Position numbers and translations under genes: made by a program. DNA of 64,000 bases from Yuukianura sp. NJ FZ-2021 (Eukaryota): positions 1,178,001-1,242,000 of the forward strand of contig CM102284.1 of the NCBI GenBank assembly GCA_046563655.1. Direction: 5' to 3'. Positions 12,289-32,615 of the stretch are shown piece by piece. Numbering within the stretch: position 1 is the stretch's first letter; each line of letters opens with the position of its first letter. The notes beneath the pieces were generated by a model. The model had not been told where the DNA came from and ran no database searches. It saw nothing but the letters and a program-made list of their open reading frames with translations.

Positions 12289-14557
12289 ATGTCTGACAAG
12301 TTTAGGTTGAGAATGTTCACATTTTTCTTAATTTTTACAAACGCAGTTACAGCCGTATCACGTTTTTCATTAGATTTTACCGATTTCAGGCACTGTTTTG
12401 TAGATATATTAATATCTGAAAGCGAACCGCCACACTTTTTTGAATTTAAGCACAACAAATTTGATATCAATTCATTAGTTTCTGTTCGAGAGAACTTTAG
12501 TCACCGTCAAACTGCTCATTACGAAAAGTGGAAAATCGTATCATGGAAGTCGAGTAAGCAAAATTGTTATGTTATTTTGGCGATCTACCCAAAAACTCTT
12601 TCTAGGTTCAGTAGAGTGTCTTCGGACTACAGTTGGTTGGTACAGGGTTGCAAAAACAAAGTCAATGTCGGAAGTTGTCACGGTAAATACACATACTACC
12701 TAACTATTACCCCAGTTCCTATCTCTTTAAAAGAACATAAAAAGCATACTCCGTTAATTTGGGAAAGAGTTCCAATATTCTACTTCACTATACAAAATAA
12801 CACACTCGATATTTCAGCAACTCTGGCCTATCCCTGTAATGCACGGATTACACACAAAGTCTACAGCCCACATCAGTTAAACATCAATTCAACTGAAATT
12901 TTGCCCATAGTTGGTCGAGTATATTTGGACAATCTTGTACAAACCATGTTACTGTACGCATGTCCTATCCATTGGACATATGAAATTGGACCAGACGGTG
13001 TTAGAGATCAGAACATTTATAAAAATTGGCACAATTCAGGCGATACTCCGCCTCCGAAACACACACAAGCAGCTTTAACTTGGAATATTGTCAAAGTGGT
13101 AAACTCCAAACATTTTAATTCAGCCTGCGGTGGTATATTCGCATGCCCGCAAAGTTTCATTGTTGTGGGATACTCCAGAAGTTGAAGAAGATAAGTACAA
13201 CATATTTGTGCTTCAGAGTTCAACACGAAATGGTTACATTGTTAGGAATAATATAGTCGCCTACAACTTCATTACAGCGTGTCCATGTACGGAAAAGTTC
13301 CTGACCTTTGAACCCCTCGTGACCCCGTTCAAAATGTTTGTTTGGATTGCAACTATGGTAACCTTGGTAGTTGTAACAGTTTTTCTGAAAATGACTTTTC
13401 TACAATCACACCGTTTTTGCAAATACGCATTTATTACACTGGATATACTTCTGGAGCAAGGAGTCAAAGTATCTGAAAAAGTTAGAAGGTCAATCAAATT
13501 CAAATTTATTTTCTCCACACTCATTATTTGTGGTTTGGTTTTAACCAATTCGTATAAAGGCAAAGTTACCTCAAATTTGACAGCACCATTACCTACAACA
13601 AAAATGAAATTTATTGCTGAAGCTATGGAAAGGAATTTCACCATACTTCTACCAGTTCCTAAATCGCTAGCGTCTGCAGTAATTAGTAAGTTAAGTAATT
13701 TAACAAATGTCACCTAATCCGCAATTGATATATACAAAATTGCTGCTTGTTAGCGCCTAGCCCAACATCAATCGAATGGCACGCACCACAAATTGTTTTT
13801 GAAATAGAAATTTTGAAATTTGAAATTTTGAAGTAGTACTATTGGTGTGTGGGTGTATGTTAATGAAAAACTAATCGTAAGTTAAACTTAACTTCTGATT
13901 GTTTTTGTTGCAGAATCGCTAAAAGAAGTTTCCGCACGAATTTCAAGACCTACGAAGCGATTAGAAAAACTCAAGGAACATTATCAATGGTTTGGATTTT
14001 TGAGAAAAGTGTGGGAGAAAACTTCACATGAAAATGTGACTGAAGAAATACGTTTCATGAAGAAAATTGAGGCCTCAATTGTGCTGGATTACTCTAACAT
14101 TCCTCAAATCTCAAACTCAACTTTTACACAAAAGTTTTTGCGATGCAACAAGACTATTTTTGTTGGGACGCATGAGGAGGTGGATAAACTATATGCAGAA
14201 TTAATACGCAAAGGAAATTTTGAAAATGTCGTTTGCGGTGAAGACAACTTTTTACCAGAAGGTCGACTATTTGGTTTCTACGACTTACAATGGGACAGAC
14301 TCGATATAGTTCGCCGGCGATTTGACGCAGTATTTCAATCACGCATTTTCTCCTACTCAAAAGCAATCAAAAGTGATTCAGTTTATGCAACGTTGAAAAA
14401 ATTTAATACTAGAAACAAAGGGAGAGCAAGGCGTTTGGGGAATGAAAGCAATGTACTTCTGTCAACGTATATTATATACTTTTCATGCATTACAATTTCA
14501 ATTATCGTGATGTTTGTAGAACATACTATTTACCACATACGCACTTCTTGGATGTGA
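12289..14557 (+). pseudogene. IR-like paralog with a frameshifting 20-bp deletion in exon 1 (exons ~12289-13685, 13914-14557)
   Basis: ORF splits into 12289-13185 and 13130-13717. Relative to the 6488 paralog, the 20-nt segment aaacatggactcaatttaac is missing near 13108-13115. Confidence 0.75.
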
Positions 14558-14988
14558 TAGTAGCCGAAAAATTGCATACGAACTTTTTTTTTTCGAAAAA
14601 CATCCAATCTGTGTATACAGTAAGCAATAGTTTAATGTTTAAGAGTATTGGACCGCCTTGTTTCATGTATAACTTTTACATCTAACACGTTTTGCAACCG
14701 TTTATTGATTTTATTGTAGCAACTTTGGTGCATGTTCCAGAACAATTTGAATAAAAGCTCCAAGAGGGAACAAAATTCCAAATTTCCAAATTGTTTTCGA
14801 ATACCTCGACCGGAAAAAAACAAAGCAATTATTTTTCATTACATATAATCAATCCTGAACTTTAAATTTTGTGGGTCACTAGCTCAATAGTTCTTTCTAG
14901 ATTTAAGTGGATCCAGTAAATCACAGAATGGGAAAACGCAGTTGAGGTGTTCATTCAGCGGAAAACCTTCTTTTACAAACAAATTTAA

Positions 14989-17462
14989 ATGTCTGACCAA
15001 TTGAATTTGAGCATATTCCTTTTTTTCTTCATTTTTACAAATATAGTTACTACTTCCTTGAGTTTTTCATTGGATTTTACAGATTTCAAGCATTGTTTTA
15101 TAGATATATTTGTATCTGACCGCAACACATTTCAGTTTTACAAATCTGAACACAACAAATTTGATATCAATGCATTAGTTACTGTTCGAGAGAACTTTAA
15201 CCACCCGCAAACTGATGATTACAAAAACAGGAAAACGCTAGCATGGAAGTCGAGTAAGCAAAATTGTTATGTTATTTTGGCCATTTACCCGAAAATAGAT
15301 TTTAGAATTTATAGAATATCTCGGGAGTACGGCTGGTTGCTAGGATGTGAACGAAACAAGTTTAGTTCCAAAAATTGTTACGGTAAATACACGTACTACA
15401 TAACTATTAACCCAGCACCTATTCTCTTACACGAACAACTTACTTGGTCATTTTGGAACGACGTTCCGTTGTTTGACTTGGCTATACAAAATAACATACT
15501 CGAAATTGCAACAACTCTGGCCAATCCATGTAATGTACGGCTCACGCGGAAAGTCTACGTCCAACGTTCCTTTACTGCCAATTCAACTAAAATTTCTCCC
15601 AATGTCGGGCGAGTACATTTGGACAATCTTTTGCAAACTGTGTTACTGTACGCATGTCCAATCAATTGGATTTATAGAATTTCACGAGACAGTTTAAGAA
15701 ATCAGAACATTTATAAAAAATGGAACAGTTCTGTAGAGAGTCCGCCTCCTACTCACTCACCCGAAGGCATGATTTGGAATATTGTCAAAGTAGTCAACTC
15801 CAAACAGGGACTAAATTTAGCAAATATTTCAATTCAACCTGCGCTGGTATTACCTGAGGTCCTGAACGTTTCAATGTTTTGGGATGTATCACAACTACCA
15901 GAAGATACGCGCAGAGTATTTCAAGTTCCTAAGCAAAGTGGTTACATAGTTAAGGCTAGTATAGTTGCCTACAACTTCATCACATGTTCTGGTACGGAAG
16001 AGTTCTTGACCTTTGAACCTCTCGTAACTCCGTTCAAAACTTTTGTTTGGATTGCAACTGTGGTAACGTTGTACGTTGTAACAGTTTTTCTGAAAATGAC
16101 ATTCCTGCCATCACTTCATTTTGGCAAATACGCATTTATCACATTTGATATACTTCTGGAGCAAGGAGTCAAAGTGTCTGAAAAAGTTAGAAAGTCAATC
16201 AAATTCAAATTTATTTTTGGCACACTGCTTATTTGTGGTTTGATTTTAACAAATTCGTATCGAGGCAAGGTTACCTCAAATTTAACAGCACCATTACCTA
16301 CAGCAAAAATGAAATTTATTGCTGAAGCTGTGGAAAGAAATTTCACCATTCTTCTACCCGTTCCCGAATCACAAGCGTCCGAAGTAAAGTGTAAGTAACC
16401 TAACAATTCTCAACCAATGCACAATTATTAGTGTACACAAAATTGTTCAACTTACATTTTGGTGAATCGCCCAACACCTAAAGTAATGCCCATATCACAA
16501 ATTGTTAAAGTAATAAACAGAATTATTATACTATAATATGAATATAAAATAACGACTATACTATAATACTATACATTGATACACGCTACAATACTATACC
16601 TATAATACTATATTTACTACCACAATATATTACATATACTCTTTGATTGCTATAATATAATAGGTAACCGTAACTATCATATTGGCGTACTTAGAGGAAA
16701 AACTGATAAGTTACAATTTTGCTTGCTTTTGTTGCAGATTGGGTGAATAGCCCTTCTTTACAAATTCCATTGCATAAGCGAATAGAAAAACTCAACAACT
16801 ACTTATGGTTCGGATTTTTGAAAAAAGTACGGCAGAAAATTCGACCCCGTGAAAATGTGACTGAAGAAATAAGCTTCATGAAGAAAATAAAGGCCTCAAT
16901 CGTTCTGGATTACTCTAACTTTCCTGAAATCACAAATTCAACTCTTACAGAACAGTTTTTACTATGCAACAAGAGTATTTTTGTTGGAACGCAGGAGGAG
17001 CTAGATAAACTTCATGCAGAATTAATACGCCAAGGAAATTCTGAAAATGTCGTTTACGGTGAAGACAACTTTTTACCAGAAGGTCGAGTGTTTGGTTTCG
17101 ACGAGTTGCAATGGGACAGACTTGATATAGTTCGCCGACGATTTGATGCTATATTTCACTCACATATTTTCTACTATTCACAAGCACTTAACAGTAGTTC
17201 GGTTTATACAGCGTTGAAAAAATTTAATACCAGAAACGATGGGAGAGCACATCGTTTGGGGAATGAAAGCAATTTACTTTTGTCAACGTATATTATATAC
17301 TTCTCATGCATTGCAATTTCAATTATCTTGATTCTTGGAGAACGTATTTATTTACTACAAACTCATTTCTCGGTTTTACCTTTCGCTGAAATATTTCATA
17401 CAAATTTGTTTCCTAAAAACATTCAATGTGTGTCTGTGGTTACTACAAATGTTTGGCAGTAG
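14989..17462 (+). CDS. Divergent IR-like receptor, two exons (14989-16390, 16738-17462)
   Basis: Exon 1 has the same length (1402 nt) as in the 6488 paralog and all family motifs are present. The tail after the last TM is frameshifted relative to that paralog. Confidence 0.78.
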
Positions 17463-17536
17463 CTGGCATAGGATTGTGTTCAAGTCCAAAATTTACACAA
17501 CAAATTTATCGAACACTGATTGAAATTTACCAAATC

Positions 17537-17672
17537 GTATTATATACTTTTCATGCATTGGTAAATCATTTATCGTGACGTTGGTAGAACGTATTTACTA
17601 TACGCACGCTGTTCAACTGTACAGTTCGCTGATAAGCATTCCATTTTGTTTTCAAAACACATTCAATGTGTC
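17537..17672 (+). pseudogene. Degenerate duplicate of the IR-like 3' end (last TM and tail)
   Basis: cgtattatatacttttcatgcattg...gtagaacgtatttacta...aaaacacattcaatgtgtc repeats the sequence at ~17286-17432. Confidence 0.6.
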
Positions 17673-18913
17673 CCCAGAAATTCTAGACTTGATAAATTCT
17701 AGTTCATACTTTAATACTATTATTATTTACACGTTAAGCCTACATATTGAAATTATTCGGTGGAAATCGCATACTGAATTTGAAATTCCCGGGGCAATAG
17801 ATGATGGAATGTCATCTTCTAACTCTTTTTTGGAAGAGGTGTGACGAAACTGGAGGAAAGAGAGACAGGAGGAGGGCCCTTGATTTTTACCCGGAGAAAA
17901 GAGTCAGATGTTTTCTCTTTTGTTTACATTTTCTCTACAGCTCTCTCGTCGTTCATTTCGTCCTCGTCTCTTTTAGGAAAAGCAAAGGTCAAAAGGTCAT
18001 CAATTCTTCTACCAAAAAAGTAATTCCCTTCTTGTATAAATAAACAACGTTTGTGCATCACTTTTATTACTTGTGCAAGTCAATAGGACAATGGGAACAC
18101 TCGGACGCCCAGGCCGGACGCCGGAACTTGACAAAAGTAATTAGGTAAGGTACGAAAATTACGTTAACAAACAGAATATTCTTATGCTTAATGTACAATT
18201 TAACCAGTAAAAGGATTGATAGGTGGAAGTTGACTGACTCCAGAAGAATCAAGCGTATGTAGGCACAGTGCAATTAGCCTTGGACCGAACGTATGGCAAA
18301 CGTTTCATCCCGACGATTGAATTGCAACAACACCATTTATCGGTATAATGTGAATCCTGACTGGTCAAGTGTCTCGTCACTGTGGTAAATCTGCAATGCC
18401 GATTCAGTATTTAACCAACTATTGTTATTAAGTAGCTCATTTGTCCAATAGGAAGTCGTGGAGTGCAGTCATTGTGTTTTTTGCATGTTGAACGGACATT
18501 TGCGATTTGCATCCAGTATACGGTGACAAAGCAAGAGACTCTAGCATCTAGCTATTCAAGAATCGTAGTAATTGAAAATTTTTATTGAACGACAACGAAA
18601 TAACAATAACAGTTTAGACAAATTGTAACGCTTTTGAGAGCTCCGCTTTCACACTTGTTTCATAATCTAATCTCAGCAACTCCGCAAAAAAAACTCCACT
18701 TGATCAAAGCGAGGACAACTAAACAAAGTGGTTTTGTGGAGACTCTGTGTACTACTGATGATGGATGAGTAGAACCCAATTCATGTCAACATTTGAACTA
18801 AAACGAAATCTTTCGTTTGTTTGGGCAGAACTAACCAAATCTGAAGGACCACACTGGAGATGTGAGTACAGACAAGTCACGAGGCACAGTCATAGTAAAG
18901 GCACTGCAGACGA

Positions 18914-25894
<6,981 letters not shown>

Positions 25895-26548
25895 AGCGGA
25901 AATCAAATATTTCAAAACTAAATATTCCAAAAGTTACCTCATTCTAATCAATTTAATAAATTTTGACTTTAGATGCACTTTAATATTCGAATTTCCACCC
26001 AATTCTTTTTTCCTGCCAGACTTAAAATTCTACCCAAAATTTTTTCGAGGTACTCCAAGTTCATTTCCCAGATTCTATTTTTGTAAGTGGATTTGTTTTG
26101 GCGCGGTTTTTACTGTGTCATGGTCGCTTTTGAATGCTTCCTACGTACAGAATGGTGTTTTTACATGAAGGTCACGTGGGTCACGCGTATTCTTTTGTTA
26201 ACACCAAAAGCTATAACCTTGCCAATACATTTTCAACATTGAAAAAAGTGAAAGCTCTTAATATTCTACAAAGTCAGACAATTTTTGTTGTCCTTCCTTG
26301 TTTGTCAACACAAAATCCAAAAATACAAAAGTTTATTTTTAAACGTACATTCTACCTCACATAATCTGAATTTTGAAATTCTAGTCTAAGATTTTTTTTT
26401 TGGTAAAAAATTCAGCACCCCATATCGTGTAACTAAAGTTTCTGCAATTAAATTATGATTCAAAATTTCAATATTTCAATTAAAATTTAATTTCTATTTG
26501 TAATTTTTGTCTTTTTTTTTACATAATAAAACACAACATGAGTCACTG

Positions 26549-26846
26549 CAAGGTTCATAAACGAAAATAGTTTTTTCTTTCACAAGTTAGGCAATAAGTC
26601 GGTTTTTTTTTATTGTTTTCCACCCAAAATTGCAAAAATGAGAAGACATCACGGACAGCTCTCGTTTCCCTTGGCAATTTTAGCTCTGACTTTTTTTATT
26701 CATGTAGTTTGGTTTGATGCCAATTTTTAACTGAAATAAAGTGATTAACAAGTTCAGAGTAAAAAAAAATGAGTGAATTTTTTTTTAAAGTTGAGTTATT
26801 GCCTAACCTGTTGAAGAAAAAACAATTTGTTGCTTCAGGAACCTTG
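26549..26846. mobile_element. Degenerate MITE-like foldback element (ends approximate)
   Basis: Nested inverted matches: caaggttc (26549)/gaaccttg (26839) and gttaggcaataa (26586)/ttattgcctaac (26796). Confidence 0.55.
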
Positions 26847-28403
26847 AGCCACTGGGTCGTGGGAACTTTTTGCATAAAATAAAGAACTATTTACATCCTA
26901 AAAGTTTTTCTCAGACAGTAAACGAAATTGCATGACTTTTAGCAACTTTGACGACAAGACAATAAAATGTTGCGCAATTTCATGTTATTGTTGTTTAATT
27001 ATCAATTTTATTTAATTAAAAGCTACTTCAATAACTTTGTTCACATTGAAAACACTGTCACAAAGCAAGGTATGAAATCTGCTTTGAAATTTTTGCACAA
27101 AATCAAATTTTGCAAACTTTGCAAAAAATTGCAAAAACAGGGTCAAGAGTATTAGGAACAGCAATAACTAAGTTTGTTGCATTCTTTACATTGCAAAAAC
27201 GTTGCAAGTTACACCAATAGAAGTTGTTGTTGTGCAAAAAAAAAAGTTACGGTTGTGATTTAATTGCAGAATCGACCGAAGCGTAAACAAGGTTTAACTT
27301 TTTTGTTAATGATTAGAGTTGGTAGATTCAGTGAGAGTGTTTGCACATAGCCTTAACTTAAGTTTAACTTCAACTAACTTATTTAAGTAAGTTAACTTAA
27401 GCTCATTTACTTAGTGGTCGAGCTAATTCAAAAGATAAGTGTAGTATAAGTAAGTTGTTCTGCGGCCTCTAGCAACTTTTGTGAGGCTTTGAACTCCTTT
27501 TCCTTGCGTCATTGGATCCTTATTAGCAATTTGCACAAAATTGCAAATGCGAAAATCAAAATCCCTGTGCCAATTTCAGAGGTTCCTTATCTTTTTCCTA
27601 ACTTCGTTTCCCACCTTACGTCAATTCCAATTTTCCTCTTCATAACCCAAATTTTTATTAAGTGTTCATTGTTGCTTTTGTTTGCTGCAAAAATGAGTTT
27701 TGAAGGTTTTTTTTTTAATTTTTGTTTGTTACAAGGAAAAAGTGAACTTGGGTAATTTGAAAAAAGTGTTGGTTTGAGACAAAAGAGTGCTCAAAGTCCA
27801 TGGAAATTTTGTATTTGTGCAATGAGAACTTTTTTGGGACAAAAAAAATTTTTTTTTTTTTTGAATTTCGTGACCAATGAAGGAGCAGAACTTGTTTTGT
27901 CGTCTGGATTTGAATTGTTCAGTTCCAACAAACACTTCTGAGAATACAGAACGAGGAAGATAGTGCTTCGAGAAGTTTGGTTGCTGCGCACTATACATAA
28001 TAAGTATGCGCATTATGCAAGTTAAGTTTTTGTTGGTAGTATACACATGACACCAATCGGTAATTAACTATTTAGTTAATTGAGAAATTATCACGAGGAA
28101 CCTGAAAGCAACTAGAGCAAATTGTGGAGTTTGAGCTGTGAAGATACAAAAATTTTGTTGTTTGAAATTTTGAAATGTTGTGAGTTGTTGGAATTTTTGA
28201 CTTTTTCTAAACACTTTTTGCGAAAAGGTTTTGGAAATGGAATCAAATTTGTGAAAATGTTGACAAAAAGGGAGTGTCCAAACAGTAGGTTTTCTTCGCA
28301 TCAATTTTTTCAAGGTTTGAATCATCTGCGTCGTCTTTGCGTCAATTCTTGAGTGCACTCAACTGCGTCCGTTTTTTTTAAATTTCAACAATAATTTTTA
28401 GTA

Positions 28404-31400
28404 ATGCCATCGTTAGTGCTGTTTGGACGTCGATGGGGCGTTGGTTCAGATGATTTTGTGTTTCCGTCTTTGATTGACCTGCTACTCAAAAGCGTTTGGT
28501 AAGTTTGTTTTTCAAAAAAAAAAAAAGAAGAAAGAGAATTTGGAATTCTAATGAAAAATTTATTTTTTCTTAAAACTTCCGCATATTACAAAAAGCTTAA
28601 CGATTTGAAACTTTGTTTGCAACGTTTAAAAGATATCGCAATTTCGTTACGGAAGTTGCTGGAAAGTTGTTCTGATTTTTTTTTCAAAAACTCTCTCGGC
28701 TGCTGCAGTTTTAAGTTTTTATTTTTCTTGTTTTCTGAAATTTTTAGGTTTATTGTTACTGGTGTATTTTTTGGCAAAAATTATTCCGTTTTTCACTGCG
28801 TCGCTACTTGGTACGTCTTTGTCGGATACTTGGCAGTACACCAGATCGGCATCATTCTGGACGCAACATTGGCACACTTCAGTAGCCGGGGCGGAATTTT
28901 TGAAAATGACAAACGTAGAGTCGTGCCCACCATCCTTTACCTCAGGTCCACATTTTTATATATAAAATTATTGTAATACAATGAGTTTGCATTTCACACC
29001 ATTTATAGAATTTATCATTTATAGAATTATAGAAAGTATAGAATTTACGGTAAAGAGTGACCTTACTTTTTAAACTTTTCGTATTTCCAAAATTTATAAA
29101 CATCATTAAGTGTCATTATTGAGAAAAGTTTGGAAAGTGACGTCATAGATTTGAAATCGACCAATCACGAGAGGCGTAACAAAACGGGTGAGAAGAAGAG
29201 GCGGGACTTACTCAATTCTATACTTTCTATAAATTCTTTAAATTATTTGAAATTTAAACTCACCAATAAATTGTTGTTCACGTTTTAGTGACTTTAAGTA
29301 ACCTTTACACGTGTAAAGACTCCATGACGTTGAAATTAATTATGTTTTATGTACATGCCAATTAAAAATATACATGTATTAACTTTAAATATTAAACTAG
29401 ACATGTTCATTATTTCAGATGTGGCTCAGAGATGAGTCTGATTACATGGAATATTCTCAGCTCGATCTTGTACTGGACCAGCAGCTTCCATTGTTCCGAA
29501 AATGAACAAGTTTTCAAATTCATATCAAGTAGGAAAATCTCTTTTTTTAGAAATCCTGAAAATCCATTCTTTTCAGTTTTGAAAACTTGACTCGTTTTTC
29601 TCATAATTTTTTTAGGTTTGCTCATATTCAACTGGGTTATGCTGGCATTCCAGCTCGGTTTCTGTGCATACGCATTTGACTTCTTGGGAGCATCAAAGTC
29701 ATTGTATTTGCCAGTAGATAGAGACAACGTTGATTCCAATACGCATGTGCAATTGGCACTTCCAAAAACAAAGTACAGTCGGTCCTGCAGCAAAACTTTG
29801 CGACTTTTTGCATGTCGCTGTTGTGACTCCAGCGCTAAAGAGGACGAGCGGGATGCTTTTGGAGAACTTGCACGTAAGGCGGGAGTTTCTAAAAAAAAAA
29901 ACAACCGAACTTTTTAAAATTTTGAAAAATTGTGCGGATATTTTTCATTCTAGGCATGTTTGGACATATGCTGGGTGGAGAGGATTTGGTCCACTCTGAT
30001 GCCGTAGCGGGATTCATTTTGTTGGGAATAAAACATCGGAGGGAAAAACGAGTGCGCAGGTCAACAAAACGCGAATGGCGGGAATGGAACCATGGAACCC
30101 AAATTCAAATTTTGAGTGAACCGAAAGAATCAGTGACATGCGTAGAAGACTGGGGCAGTGACTGGCGGTCGTTCAAGCATTTATCACATTTCTTGAAATA
30201 CGCAAGCGCAATTTTCGGATGGAAAATTGTTGCTGTTCAACAACCGAATCCGTTTCAAGAACTTTTCAAACACGTCATTTCCGGAAACTGCATACCGTAA
30301 AAACAATGCTTTTCAAAATTTCATTCTTTTTCTCAAATTTCAATTTTCAATGTTCAAATTTTTGAAATTTTTTAATGTTCTAGGTGTCGTAAACATCCTG
30401 TTGATGTAGAAGGTGATAATTGCTGTTTTTTGGAAACTGCGGGCATCCGGGCCACACTTTCAGCTGAATACGAAGATATAATTTTCGTTTCATTTAAAAA
30501 TCATTTATTTGAAGTTCCATTTTTTGTTTCTGTTGATCATGTGACCAAGTCAATTGTGCTGACATGTCGTGGGAGCATGTCAATTAATGATTTGACATTG
30601 GATTTCGTTGGATGGCCAACTCAAATTCAAGGATATCCGCCTTCATTCAAGGTAAATTTCCCACCTAGCCTCATAATTAACTTAACTTTAACTAACGTAA
30701 TACATGAACACGGTTTTAAGCTTTTTGATTATCATTAAATGCAGTGCAATCGTCTAATTAAGTGAATATTGTGTTTGTTTTTCTAAAAATAATTTTTTTG
30801 AATAATTCCCAGGCGCACCGAGGAATGCTGGCGGCAAGTTGCAGAATAAAAGCGAAGTTGGAAAGGCTTGGGGTTTTCTCACGCGTGTTTTCAAAATATC
30901 CTGCCTATAATCTCGTCATAACAGGTAAAACTTATTTTTTTGAAAAAGTGGTTTCAAGTTTGGAACTTTTTTCTACTTTTTTTTTTAAATGTGCAGGACA
31001 CAGTTTGGGTTCTGGATGTGCCACAATTTTGTCGTTGCTATTCCGTCCGCAGTATCCAAACCTAAAGTGTTACGCATACTCTCCGCCGGGTAATCTTGAA
31101 GTTTTGAGAATACAAAATTCAAAATTTTTTATAAAGGACATGTCCGCATTTGCCTATGCTTTGGATTCCTCTGGGCCCAATGGGAGTTTTGCATTGTGCG
31201 AGATGGGAGAATAACATGGAGTTTTTCTCCCATTCATTTCTCTCATCTCATCTCCTATCTCGCATTGAAGAAAGCATCCTCATTGAATCGCCAAAGGGTG
31301 GAGAAAGGAGTTAATGAACACTTTCTCTTCCCCTCAGCTCCCCCCTTCTCCGATGTTTACTCGGCCTCACGAGTTTCACCGAGTGGAGTGGGATTTTGGA

Positions 31401-32615
31401 ATATGGGGTGATCACTGATATAGCTTAGGTGTAATGTGGAGTGATTTCTCTTCCCGCCATCACCGGATATATGGTGGTATATGGACTCGGAGTCTGACGC
31501 TTTGATTGGCTGCTGGACTCGGAGTCTGACAACCTGATTGGTTCCATATCCAAACCTACTTATAAAAACGCATTACGCGGGGGTACATACCCTTGTCTTT
31601 TCAACCTGCCGTGGCAGGCCGATGCTTTCTTCAATGCCTATCTCGCGTAATGCATTTCTTCGCGAGGGCCCAGGCCTGTACAAATGCGGACTTGTCCTTT
31701 TTGAATTTGGAATCTTTAGGTGGCTTGCTTTCAAAAGATGCCGCCGATTTCTGTGATGATTTCGTGACTTCCATAACTTATGGAGATGACATTGTGATTC
31801 GTCTGGGAATTCTTCAAATTGAAAGAGTTCGACAGAGGCTTATTCAAGTGTTGAAGGAATGTCCAATTCCAAAGGTAATTAGCTAACCACTAATTAACTA
31901 TTAACTAATTAAACTAATTAGTTCAACACTTTAAAAAAAATGAACTCAAATTGCCAAAAAAAAAAAGTATTTCTGCTTTTTGAAATTTGCAGTATCGACT
32001 GCTGATGCGAGGATTCGCGTGTTGCAAATTGCGAGACGACTTTTCCTGGTTACATCCGACCCCTGATGCTCAAAATTTTGAAAATTCGTACGAAAAATTT
32101 GAAGAAAATGGCAACACCTTGCCAACACTCTCAAAGGATTTCACAATTTCAATTGTGTCTCCCGCCGATAGCATCAATGCTCCACCGACCATCAAAAAAG
32201 TAAACTTTGAAAACTAAATTGTGAATATATAAACTCAAAAAAGTGAAGACAAAGCAAAACTTCAAATTTTTGAACAAAATTTTGAAAATTTCAGCACGTT
32301 TCTCAAGCTCCCTCGGGCACAAGGTATCCCTCAATAGAAGGAATGTATCCTCCCGGGAAAATCATTCATATTCGAAGCCATCCCAGGTCAATTATACATT
32401 ATATAAATGTAATTTTATTTATATTAATATAAATACATATTATAAATAGGTGGTCGCGTAAACGTGTTTCGGGAACTGACGCTGGACCACGGTGGATGTG
32501 GAGGTGGGCGGAGCGTACTGAATTTGATGACATGATCGTTTCCAAACGAATGCTCTTAGACCACGTTCCAATTATCATTCCAAAATCGCTCAAGTACTTA
32601 GAAATGTTTTATTAA
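28404..32615 (+). CDS. DAGLB: sn1-specific diacylglycerol lipase (DAGL-beta-like), multi-exon
   Basis: MPSLVLFGRRWGVGSDDFVFP start, TM segments, DLVHSDAVAGFILL, VPFFVSVDH..IVLTCRGSMS, AHRGML, GHSLG nucleophile motif, CYAYSPPGGLLS, GDDIVIRL, MYPPGKIIHI, MLLDH. It lacks the long C-tail of DAGL-alpha. Confidence 0.9.
29027..29232. mobile_element. Small MITE-like element in a DAGL intron
   Basis: Perfect 19-bp inverted termini ttatagaaagtatagaatt (29027-29045) / aattctatactttctataa (29214-29232). Confidence 0.65.
31133..31700. mobile_element. MITE/non-autonomous DNA transposon in a DAGL intron
   Basis: Inverted termini aaaggacatgtccgcatttg / caaatgcggacttgtccttt (1 mismatch in 20). The interior is more GC-rich than other introns and has a direct repeat ggactcggagtctgac...tgattgg. 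Confidence 0.75.
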
